Assembly: GCA_951406725.2 (NCBI GenBank)
Contig: OX597817.1
Location: 73,408,001 to 73,472,000, forward strand
Direction: 5' to 3'
Source: Octopus vulgaris
Taxonomy: Eukaryota
Length of the DNA stretch: 64,000 nucleotides
Position numbers and translations under genes: made by a program. Positions 51,879-64,000 of the stretch are shown piece after piece; within the stretch, counting starts at the first letter, position 1, and every line of letters begins with the position of its first letter. The notes beneath the pieces are model-generated. The model searched no databases. It was not told the origin of the DNA and saw only the letters and a program-made list of their open reading frames with translations.

Positions 51879-53037
51879 TCTTTATATATATAAAACTGAG
51901 AATGTGTGTCTGTCTGTCTGTCTGTTTCCCTAAACCTTGAGAACTGCACAACCAATTTCATTCAAATTTTACACATGCCTTACTTAGGGTCCGGGAAGTG
52001 TCATCGGCAAAAAATTTTTTTGAACTTTTTTGCCTAGAGCGAGCCCACAGCAATATCATATCTTCTCCACTACTATTCCCTAAAACTTGAGAACTACACG
52101 GCCAATTCCATTCAAATTTTACACATGCCTTACTTAGGGTCCATATAGTTTCATGGGCAAAATAATGTTCAACTTCTTGCCTAGAGCGAGCCCATAGCAA
52201 TATCATATCTTCTCCACTATTTCAGTATTACGTGTTAAAAGTGAAATAAAAACGTTTCTCTATTTTATGTCAGATACTTTCACTTTAACAATAATAACAA
52301 TTGAATTATATGTAGTACGTAATAATTAAAATCAAATTAAAGTATAATATAATCGTAACATAACAAAAGTAAAAATAGCAATTGGTATAAAATTGCATTA
52401 ATGATTTGAACTTGAATAAGTGGTTTCACTTATGGGAATAAATTAAAAATAAAATTAGCATGCAGAAATGGAATAGTCCAGATGGATAATAAAAAATTAA
52501 ATTAAAGAAAAGACTGTTGTCTATAAAGTATACAATGTAGAGAAAAAAGAAGATTTGAACACATGGAGGAAAGCACCTTCGAAAAGTGTCTTGGTGCGAC
52601 TATGAAAGGTATCTAATCAGAGGCGGTAAATTCGCCACAATAGAAGCAAGGTTCGAGTCAACGGAGCGTGCAAGGGAGTACTCGACTCGAACTTGCAAAG
52701 TGAAAATATTTTATTTCTGCCTTTATATCTGGGACGTAGGACGTCCCGGAAAAAAAATTTAAAATGCCCCCCCCCCGAAGTAGAGGTAGGCTGGATTGTA
52801 GCCACACTTCTATACAAGAAGGAGGACCAGATACAATTGATCGAAATTACAAGAGACGGGCTAAGAATTCCAGTCTGTTATATATTTTGAGTATTGTTAT
52901 CACTAACGATATCAAGTTATAACTTTGTATTTTATGTGTAGATGTATATAGATGTACATGTAATATGTACACATATATATACACATATATACACGCACTA
53001 GCACTATGACCCGGCAACGACGGGTCTTTAATGCTAG
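51879..53037 (+). mobile_element. Non-autonomous Helitron
   Basis: A|TC start, short (GTCT)n, two tandem ~150-bp internal units (about 51925-52220), 3' hairpin GACCCG-gcaacga-CGGGTC (53008-53026), and a CTAG|T end. Confidence 0.85.
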
Positions 53038-55187
53038 TATATATATATTCCTTGGGGCTTATTTGAATTTCGTGTAGAAGAATTAATTATATCCCTCCCT
53101 ATCTCACTCTATGTATCAGTCTATCTTTCTATAAATCCATCTAACAAAGCAACCAACCCATCCATCCATCCATCCATCCATCCATCCGTCCGTACGTCCG
53201 TCCGTCCTCCAGTCCGTACGTACGTAAGGCTGCTTTGCCCAATGTATCATTTCCTTATTCGAGACAGAAAGATTTTAATTCGGAGGAGATTTAGCTTTTA
53301 TTTGACCATTCAATACATTAGAGGTTGATAACATAAGTATCGGGATGTAATGACTAATTTAATCGACTAAAGTCATTCCAGGCGGTGCTCCAGTATGACC
53401 GCAATTCAGTAATTGTGAATAGAATAATATTACCAAAGTTCCAGGTATCAATTAAAAATCAGAAACACCTCCTGATAATTCACGAAAAACACTAGAAAAA
53501 TTCTTCAAGGCGGTGCACCAGCATGACCATAGTCTAATGACTTAAACAAGAAAAAAAAGACTAAGAAATCGTAGAAAGGATTATTTTAGGCCACCTAACT
53601 GGATGGTGCATTGGAAACCTTCCTATTTTTATTTTAGCAACCGGTGTGTATCTAGTACAATATTATGCAATGAAAACTTCTCGTTGTTATTATGGTAGAC
53701 AGTGTAGCACGAGGGGGAATTAGTAGCTATTTTTAACAGTCCGAGTAGGCATTTAGAGACGCATTCCTTTATTCTTGATAAAATCCATTTCTCTTCATCT
53801 ATACCACTGAGGTCTTTGCGAAACTATGAAAATCTCAAATATTTTCTATCTTTAGGACCTTTGTGCTTTAGTTCACTTGTTACGAAGAAGTACAGGAAAA
53901 CTAGAAGAAATATACGAGAAATATATACTTTCGTCCTATAAGAAGGAAAGGGTTTGTCTTAAGAAGAGGTGATATTTATGACCTCTATATGCCTTTCTAA
54001 TTTGGTGAGTTGGATGCAGAATGAATACTAAAGGCTTACTGTTCGAGAAAGAAAAATTCGGGTGTAGGAACGTGTTTAGTGTGAGGTTTTGAGGTTATGA
54101 TGCATCCTGAAGAGGAAGCGAATCGGTAGAGGAGACACAGAAAGTAACAACGCTGAAGTGTTATCGCGTGTTAGTAAATAAATTTTCAACAATTTGTTTT
54201 AAGAACTCTTTAAACACACCATGGAGTTTGTCTTGTATGGGAATTAATCTGGGTCATATTTGAGGTTTTGTTAAAGATCAGCGACTGATGAATAGAGAAG
54301 TATTGTTTACTGGCTCTGAAAAAGAAGTCATGCCTTTGTAGTGTAGTTTTTAAGTAAAGTTACAGGTGTGCGGGCGATATAAAAGTTCAACGGAATACAC
54401 TAGGCTCAATACTAACGATAAATTTGAGGGTTGTAGTCGTGTGTTCTGCATAAGTAGAATAAATAGAGAGTATGTAGTGTTACAATACTGTTTTCCTACT
54501 ATGTTTAGTGGCTGCGTATTTCCTTTGTAGAGATTGTATTGTGATCCTGTAGTGATAATAAATGGAATTTGGGATTATGTAGAATTGTAATTAGCAAGCA
54601 GTGGCTGTGTGATGATTGTTTCATGATTGCAGTGAGTCTGTAGTGATTATGTAATGAATGCGAAATGATTGTGATGTTATTGTGATGTATAACGATAGGA
54701 ATACATACTGGCGCATTGATTCATTCTACATTAATTAAATTTTTGTGCAGGCTCTTTGGATTCGTCAGTGTGGATGATAATACTTCGCAGATAGCTGAGC
54801 CAGAGACGGCAAAGCTATTGACGAATGAAAATCTCATCTTTTTGCAATAAATCTCTAAACAAATGAATTTAACATGCCCGGCAATAGATATTGATTTCTA
54901 ACATTGACACAACCCATAAACTACAGCAGAGAGAATTACCAGTCGAATATATTGATCCCGATTATTTCACTGATTCTAGAGAGACAGAAATCTAAAGTCG
55001 ACATCACGAAGATTTGAACTCAGAACATAAAGGTGTGCCTGACAATGAATACTGAAAATTCATACCTCTACAGTAATGGCTTTAATTCCCTGCTACTCAT
55101 CCCCACCCACAACAACAGCAACTACTACTACTACTACTACTACTACTTGAAACATATATATATGTATATATATACACATACATAGAT

Positions 55188-55218
<31 letters not shown>

Positions 55219-55947
55219 TAAATGTTTTGTTCACTAATTCTCATTTCTTAAACAGCATCGACATCATCATCATCATCATCATCATCATCATTATTGTTGT
55301 CATTATCTTCATTATCATTATCATCATCGTTATATTCCTCATAACCATCAGCAACAACAAGAACAACAAGAACAAGAACAACAATAAACAACAGACACAA
55401 AACAAAACAATATTAACAGCAGCAACAGTAGCAGTGACAGAGACAGCAACAAAACAGCAAACACAACAAACGGCAGTAATGGCCATTAAAACGTCTCTAA
55501 TAGACCCCAATTTAATTACTAGTGTCTAAGGTTTCGTCGTCTTTCCAGACAAGATTCAACATGTTTAGAATGTTTCACAGTTAAGGCTTTCAGTAAAGGA
55601 GACATATGTACATGTATACATGCATGCATATATAAATACATACACAGATACACAAATGCATACATACAAGTACACATACATGCACGTGCGCGTACACACA
55701 CACACACACACACATAAATATAGTATGTATGTAAGAGTTCATATGCGTGTGTGTGGCAGCATATCTACCTTGGCCTGTTTCAGTCATTATACGGCAGATG
55801 TACATACATACACACACACATACATACATACATACATACATACATACATACATACATACATACATACATACATACATACATACATACATACATAAATACA
55901 TACATACATATATATATATATATACATACATAAACACACACACACAC

Positions 55948-55980
<33 letters not shown>

Positions 55981-55984
<4 letters not shown>

Positions 55985-56125
55985 CGTGGGTGTGTGAGAA
56001 TGTTGCTTCACGACTGCATATAGTCTTACCTCGTGGCACCTTGGGCAAATGTCCCTTTTTGCTATAGGCCCAAGCCAACCAAAGGCTTGTGAATGGATTT
56101 GGTAGACGGTAACTGAAAGAAGCCC

Positions 56126-56128
<3 letters not shown>
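55981..56128 (+). mobile_element. SINE family B, 5' half, between (TA)n tracts
   Basis: taggcgtgg...ggcaccttgggcaaatg...aactgaaagaagcccgtc. Confidence 0.8.
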
Positions 56129-56169
<41 letters not shown>

Positions 56170-57188
56170 TTGTTATTATGCAAAAAAGTCCAAAACGTTG
56201 CTTTTACAGAAAATGAAAGGAATAGTTGTACCATTCCATAGCAAAACTATTGTACTACACTTTGACAATTTTAGATATCTTGAAATCTGAAGCAGCTGAA
56301 GATACGATAGTCTGACCAAGAGAACCGGCTATTGTAAGCAAAAATAAATATTGAAAAAAAAAACACATTTGGCCAAATTTGAACATACGACAATTTAACA
56401 TAATAACAACGAATATATATTACACACACACATGCATACACATGGGTGGATTGATGAGTGGATGGATGGGTGGTCGAACTGTCGAACGGATTGATTGATT
56501 GATGGGCTGCTTTACATGTAAATCTTTGAGCCATCGAACCATCCAGGACATGAATGATGGAGTGAAAAAGGGTTGCGCCAACGATCTGTTTTTCAGATGA
56601 AGAGGCTGATACAACGGGAAATCAGGTGCCACTCGGTTCAATGATCGAACCCACAGCCTTATGATCGCAAGTTCAACACCTCAACCACTTAGCCAAGTAC
56701 TCAGATCACTTCACAAAACGCTGCGGATTGTGTTCGAGCGTATTAGTTCAAAATTGCCCTTCAAATCACGCATTTCTTTGTCTTAGAATGGGAGTGATAC
56801 ATAAGGTATTGTAGCATTTAAATGCCTAATGCTCATGTGAAAGAAAATGGACATGGTACGAACGTCTTCAATAATAATTATGCGTAGTCAGAGCAGAGTA
56901 GGGGTCTAAACAACAATATTTCAACATCGGCAATTTTTGTGGGATGTTGCTGACTTAATGTGGGGTTATAGTGTAATTGTAAAGAAAATCTTCGCCCTGG
57001 TATTTCCGACGTATAAATAGACAAACATAAAGCATTGCCAAGGAATGAGAGTAACAGATGTTTCTTAGCTAAAGTAGCTTTTAACATTATATTCATGGGA
57101 AGTTGGATACTTGTACTATTTGCATAATTATAATAATAATGATGATAATAATAATAATAATAACAACAACAACAACAACAATAATAGT

Positions 57189-57660
57189 TTCTTTTATTAG
57201 GCACAGAGGCACAGATGAGGGGGACATCACAGTGACAGACAACAATTTGTGTGGGGATTTACACAAAGGATGGGAAGAAAGAAATGGAAAAAAACTGAGA
57301 TGCGATAAACATAATATTCAAAGTATGAGATAAACGAGAATGATGCAGTTCTGATACAGGAGAAACTCCAACTTGAGCCAGTGAAATAACCCTACAGATC
57401 CAGCATTACCCTGACCACAAAAAGCACGAACCCTCTCTCATGCTCTCCAGTTTACAGGTGCTTGTTTACATGTGTTTATTCACTCTAGCCCTATTTACCA
57501 CTTCACTCATCTTTTAACAAATTCACTGGGATGTAGCACTTCCCTCTCCACCCTCACTTTCCTTTCCAAGTGGAACTTAAAAAGTCGTTGAGAGCTTGAC
57601 TCAAGAAGAAGGTGTCTCTCTACAATCCTTTCACCCTCGCCCACTACACAGCCTCTTTCT
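57189..57660 (-). mobile_element. 5'-truncated Tx1-like LINE 3' end related to 1-1342
   Basis: LFKFHLERKVRVEREVLHPSEFVKR matches FFKYHLKRKVRVERQVLSSECFKKR of ORF 21-974. The 3' UTR ends ctctgtgcctaataaaagaaa. Confidence 0.8.
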
Positions 57661-57694
57661 CCATAACTACTAGACTGAAGGTGTTTTAATAACG

Positions 57695-58071
57695 GTTTCA
57701 ATTTTTAGCACAAGGCCAGTAATTTCAAGGTGAGGGCTAAGTCGATATCATCGACTCCAGTGCTTGACTGGTACTTATTTTATCGACCCTGAAAGAATGA
57801 ACGGTCAAATTGAGTTCGGTGAGTTTCGATGCTCTAGCGATCCTACCAGCTCACCGCCTTAAATATTTGTTCCCACTTTTGGCACAATGCCAGCAATTTT
57901 TTGAGTGGAGAGAGATCGATTACATCGATACAATGATCAGCTGGTACTTATCTTATTGATCCCCGAAGGATGAAAGGCAAAGTCGACGTCGGCGGAATTT
58001 GAACTCAGAACGTAAAAACGGACGAAATGCCACTAAGCATTTGCTAACAACGATTCTGCCAGTTCGCCACC
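57695..58071 (-). mobile_element. Two tandem SINE family A copies
   Basis: Cores at about 57740-57830 and 57915-58010; heads end at 57858 and 58071. Confidence 0.8.
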
Positions 58072-58129
<58 letters not shown>

Positions 58130-58789
58130 TGATGATAATAATAATAATACAGAAAGAAAATAAATTAATAAATGAGAGATAAATGAGATTGCAACAATTA
58201 ATAAAGTTCTGTATCTTTGATAGTGAGTACGATTTGGCTGTGGAGCTTATTTTAGCTTTATAAAGGATTGGCAACTGATCAGGGCTCCAATCCAAGTTTT
58301 TGTGATGCATCTTTGGTAATGTAATGGATGTAAGGTCACCATGAAAGATGAGAGATCATCAGATATTTTAAGTCCAAATATTTGTTCCAGACGAGCGGTC
58401 AACAATCACATCCCTTACATCGATATTGCACAGCATTCGTGGCCAAGAAAACTTTTACACATAAATAACCAGTCTTCTTAGTTGGTAGCAAGAATTTGCA
58501 ATGTTGGACAAATGCGGTGCAGAATTCAAATCTTCCTCGTGTTGTGAATATCTCGGATAGGCATTGGTGCGACGTGGCAGGCTTAACCGAGATAATGGAG
58601 GAAGCCATAAGCTGCGGCGGTCTCCATTATTTTGAATCTGTCTGTTTGCCTGCCTGTCCATCTGTCGCTCTCTCTCTCTCTCTTTCTCTCCCTCCTCAGT
58701 GGCCACAAGTTCGGCTTCGGTAGAGACAGACAAATCGGAGGCATACTCTATTATGTCGCATACCAGTGGGCCTTCACTTTAAGACGTTC

Positions 58790-59240
58790 GGTGAAAACAA
58801 TGTTTTAATTCTAGACATCAACAAAGTCCCACCCATCTTTCATCTTTTGGATTGGTGTTTTCCTATCAGATCGTATCATTACGACATGCCTTGACGAAGG
58901 TATATCTCTACCCCATTCTCAATCTACTCTGGTGTTCCCCGAGGTTAAGCTTTGTACCCCTACTCTCTTCTATACGTCAAAATACCTACTTGGCATCACA
59001 TTCGTTGAAGCCAACTATTATACATATAACACAACACTTCATTCCTTTTTAACGTTCGCTAACCATGTATCGCTCACATGCATCCTATACATCACACGCC
59101 AAACCTGTATTGACTTAGTAAACGGAAACATTGTAAGCATCCACCAGTGGGGCCAAGCCAACCTTGTCTCTTTTAACAGCAAAAACAAACAAACAAACAA
59201 AAACTCTAGTATTACTCTTAAGAAAGTTCTTGGTAGCGAT
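58790..59240 (+). mobile_element. Decayed CR1/Jockey-group RT fragment
   Basis: FWIGVFLSDR.....DEG.S.P followed, after a frameshift, by SGVPRG....PTLF. Confidence 0.55.
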
Positions 59241-59271
59241 AGCATTAATGGTGGTGATAATATTGGTTTCA

Positions 59272-59476
59272 TATTTTAGCACAGGGCCAGCAATTTTAAG
59301 GGAGGAAGTAGGTCGGCTACATCGATCTCAATATTCAACTGGTATTTATTTTATCGACTCCGAGGGGATGAAAGGCAAAGCTGACCTCGGCGTAATTTGA
59401 ACTCGGAACGTGAAAACAGACGAAATGCCGCTAAGCATTTTGCCCGGTGTGATAACGATTCTACCAGCTCGCCGCC
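59272..59476 (-). mobile_element. SINE family A
   Basis: Reverse complement of head, core and tail. Confidence 0.88.
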
Positions 59477-59479
59477 TGA

Positions 59480-60681
59480 ATGGTAGTGATAATATTCATG
59501 TTGGTGATAGTAGCGGCCATGATAGTGTTTGTTGGTTGAGGGTGATAGTATTGGTGGTGGTGATAGTAGTAGCTGCGTTCCTGTAGGTGGGTTGGTTGGT
59601 TGGTGGTGATATTAATGATGGTGATATAGTGTCGCTTAGTGGTGATAGTGTTGCCGTGATAGTGTCAGTTGGTTGATGATAGTACTAGTGATGGCGGTAT
59701 TATTGGTGGTCGTAGTAGTATTCGTGGTGGTGATAATATTGGTGATGGTGGTAGCATTAGTGGTGGTGATAATCGTAGCTGTGATAGTGTTTGTTGGTAG
59801 TGATAGTATTGGCGTTGTTTTTGGTGGTAACGATAGTGTTGATGACAATAGTATTCGCTGGTGGTGATTGTATTTGTTAGTAATGGTAGTAATGGTGGTG
59901 GTGGTGGTACGAGAGTTGCTGATTGTTTCACGCCGAAGTAGTAAAGTGCTAAAGCAATTTTGGCTGGCTCATCCATCATGCTTAACAGTCTGAGTTGAGA
60001 CAAGAAAACTAAAGAGATCATGCCATCCGGCGATGGCAAGCATGGAAATGTGGAGGTGGGGGGATAGCGGTGAGCGGGTTTGTGAGGGATGGATGTAGAG
60101 GTCAGCTCGATAATTAGAAAACAACAACAAAAATAATAATAACAGCAGCAGTAACAGCAACGCTAATAATAACAGTAATATCAACAACGATAGTAATATT
60201 ATAAAGAACAACAATACTTATTAGCTAGCAGGAATGTTTAAAATGGAAACTGTACGTACGTACGATGGAAGTTGGGGGTGGTTGTGGAGGAATGGCGGCG
60301 GTGGTGTTGGTGATGGTGGTGTTGCTGATAATGATGACGATGATGATGATGATGACGGTGAGGATTATAGTGATGACGATAATGTTTATAATGACAGCGA
60401 TGATATTTATGGTGATGGAGATGATGATGACGCTATAATAATGATGACTAATAATGATGATAATGAAGGAGCTTGTGATGATGATGATGATATAGATGAG
60501 GATGATGATGATGAAGGCTGGGGTGGTGATAATGATGATGATGTTAATGATGATGATGATGATGATGACGATGTTGATGCTCATAATGATGTTGATGATG
60601 ATGATAATGATGATGGTGATAATGATGGTGATGATGGTAATGAAAGAAAATTAAGTTGGCGCGAAATTATAGTAGTTGTAA

Positions 60682-60730
<49 letters not shown>

Positions 60731-60830
60731 TGTAGTGGAGAATGTAATAGCAACAACTGCAAATGGAAAATTTTACAACGATAATTATGATGAAGATGAT
60801 GATATTAAAGGCGATGATGACGGTAGTGGT
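59480..60830. repeat. Degenerate trinucleotide low-complexity region (GGT/GAT/AGT-rich)
   Basis: Seen directly; decayed triplet periodicity. Confidence 0.85.
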
Positions 60831-60891
60831 ATTTTTCTTATTTACTCGTTTCAAAAATATGGCGGATAAGTTCATTGAGTGACATCTAGTA

Positions 60892-60942
<51 letters not shown>

Positions 60943-63398
60943 GGGAATGCAATATATTATCTGATAATTGTCATAAAAAATATTTTAAAAGTGATAAGCA
61001 ATATATGTAATAAAATTCCCGAATGGGATAACAACATAAAGCAAATCAGAACATCATCTCCAAACCTCAATTGCCCTCAACGGCAACAGTAATAATAGTT
61101 TCAGATTTGGGCGTACGGTCAGCAATTTTGAGGGGCGGGCTTCGTGGTTGTCCATGAATTCAGTACTTCACTGGTACTTCATTTTATTGATCATGAAAGG
61201 GTGAACGGCAAAGTTGACCTCAGCGAACTTTAATGCATCAACGTTAACACTCATCATTTCTGACAATGATACAAGGATACCATTTTAGGAAAAAAATGTG
61301 ACCTTCAATTAATTAACCCCAGCATTTTACTAGTACTTATTCCATCGTGTACAGAAAGATGGAAAATAAACGTGATTCCAAGTGAGATTTGAACTTGGAT
61401 TGTAGAAATACTTCACGAAGTTTAGTTCAACCCGTCGCCGTTTCTGACCCATTCAATCACACTTGAAAAATATGATGATTTATTTTATCTGCCTCAGGGA
61501 CGTCTAATGAGAAGAGCATTATATAGAATGATGGGAATTATACAGAAATTGAATGAGCACGTTCTTGTTTTATGCTTTTCCTTCACTCACGTCTAAATGG
61601 TGCATCTGTTTGCAACAGTACAAAGAATTCGAGAACCGGGCACGGAATTACAAATGATTGTCTGGTATAAAAGGACAATTGCATATAAAAAAGTTTCTTG
61701 TGGTTGTCGACATCTGACAACAGTTCATAAACTGGAGGTACTCTCAGGTAACTTTCGTCTGATCCTGCGATTAATTCAAAAGGAACAAAAGTCAATGAAA
61801 TTCGCGCTTGCCTTAAATAATCATAAATTTACATCGAAGTTAAAATCTCCAACCTACCTGTAACACGAAGATCCATCATTTTGGACATTAGCTGTCTGGT
61901 CAGTTTGCCAAAAATTGGTTACAAGTTGGTAAAATAATACTCCCGGTGACAGAAATGGCGCCATTGACCCAGTGTTAAGACAGCAGACAAATTGATTTGG
62001 AAGGTGCTCTCTTACCTACAATATTATTGCTACTACACAAGTAGCCATATGAATCAGGTAGACTTGCTTTCAAAAATGTCACGGCCAACAGCATAAACTG
62101 GTAAGCTGGCTGGCGTAGAAGCGCTCCCACAAGCACTCTTACCTACAAATCAATAAGACATGTTGTGAATAAGAAATAAGGATCCTTAATAATGCTAATA
62201 CATAAGTAGAACCAGTCACAACTATGCAATAATGCAAGGTTCTAGGATAAGAAGCTTGTTTCACTACTTGTTGAGGTTAATATTCTCACTTGTTGCACAA
62301 AAGAAAGGGTGTAATTTTATTTAGAAAGATATTCATTCCTTCAGATATGACCTTTTGAATTAGAACACATAGTCTCCTGAACATTAATCTTTGCCTTATC
62401 AATCAATAAATCTCAAGGGCAAACAATATCTTTTACTGGATTACAATTTGAGGAACCTGGTTTGCTCGTGGTCAGTTTTATGTTAGATAATCACCAGATG
62501 GACACCGCCATAATCCCTATCGATAAAACCTAAAATATTGTGTATCCTAAAAGAATGACACGAACGTTCAGAATTTACAATGTTATGAAGACCACAGATA
62601 TAATATCCAATATAGGCTGAAGCTCATCATGAATCTTAATGATTCATTATTAATGCATGCATTGCAGTTCTGATATTTGAGTATGTTGATTTCCTACGGA
62701 CATTCCAGTTTCCATATATTAGAGAATAGCCTTATTTCTAAGAATGATTCATCTAAAATTACGGTTTCTACTTAAAATATAAGAATTAAAGAATTTCAAG
62801 AATAACAAATAAAATATAAAGTTCAATAATAGTTTAAAATTGAATAAAACAGTTTTTACTTTGGTTAATCTTATATCTCTGCTTAACAGTTTTCAATTAG
62901 TTATATGTGGTTTTTATAATTAAATTACAAAACATACTATTAAATTGTAGCACGGTGTATTAGACAACAGACTGCTATAACTGGAGAGGAAAGAGAAACC
63001 AAAGAGTATTCCATCACGTAGAAAATGACTTTAATCAAGAACATATCTTAACAATTTATAACTACTTCTCAGCCTGATCATCCCAGGGATTCTGCTAGTA
63101 TACATATGTACACACACACACGCAGGCACGCAAGCACACCCACCCACATACATACATACATACATACATACATACATACATACATACATACATACATACA
63201 TACATACATACATACATACATACATACATGCATACAGTTTAACATTATTCGGGTAATAATCTTATAACGTACAAAACTTCTCCATGGGTATTGGCTATCA
63301 TATGCCGTATCATACAGCAAGAATTCTCTTTTTACTCGATATTTATGTGGAAATCCGTCAATGTACGCAGAATTCATACATGTTTATATACATACATA

Positions 63399-63464
<66 letters not shown>

Positions 63465-63487
63465 GTATGTATATATGTATGTATATA

Positions 63488-63572
<85 letters not shown>

Positions 63573-64000
63573 GGAAGAATACGTAGAGAGATTCAGACAA
63601 AGAATCTTGTCTGACACGAAACAGAAACTGGAGTTAAAGAAAGATATCCAAGTGAAATTGGCAATCAATGGATCAACTGCAGAACAAAATATTTTCGTCC
63701 AATTGTGTTGAAAATCACGAACCTTCCAAAAGCTTGTTACTTAATACTTTAGTGAGAGAATCGACTCTCGACTCCTGGTAACAATGGTCAGAAGATTTTT
63801 TTTCCCCGAAGTATTTATGGTGGTGGCGGTGTTGATGTTGCTGATGACGGCAGTTGTGCTGGTGTTGCTGGTGGTGGTGGTGGTGGTGATAATGTTGTTG
63901 GTAGTCGTGGTAGTGGTGTTGAGGGTGAAAACGTGACACTACTAGTCGCATTGACGTAGCTTGTAGTGAAGCTGATGAGGAAGGTGCGACGATAGAGGTG

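Noticed and set aside
53900-54500. Possible decayed Penelope RT/GIY-YIG coding fragment
   Set aside because: No diagnostic motif recovered by manual translation.
60234-60869. 211-aa Asp-rich ORF resembling an acidic biomineralisation protein
   Set aside because: Made of decayed (GAT)n and (GTA)n repeats, with no signal peptide or exon structure. Similar tracts occur throughout the window.

Overview
AT-rich, repeat-saturated eukaryotic (animal) genomic DNA. The SINE families and extreme microsatellite density suggest an octopus/cephalopod genome, which is my inference. I could not support any host protein-coding exon, rRNA, tRNA or CRISPR array; most ORFs in the track are microsatellite read-through. 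The window holds decayed non-LTR retrotransposons (Tx1/L1-like, CR1/Jockey-like, R4/Dong-like, RTE-like), a Gypsy-like pol fragment, mariner remnants, two pogo/Tc2-type MITEs, two non-autonomous Helitrons and three tRNA-type SINE families. The most notable structure is a non-coding element at 30535-31352 between (TA)n tracts. It consists of one ~590-nt monomer carrying a type I hammerhead ribozyme motif, plus a perfect inverted copy of the monomer's own tail-to-head junction, as expected for reverse transcription of a circular or tandem RNA (retrozyme/Penelope-like). Further minimal hammerheads lie at 31490, 32003 and 51291 on the minus strand. One SINE subfamily also shares its 3' tail with the Tx1-like LINE.
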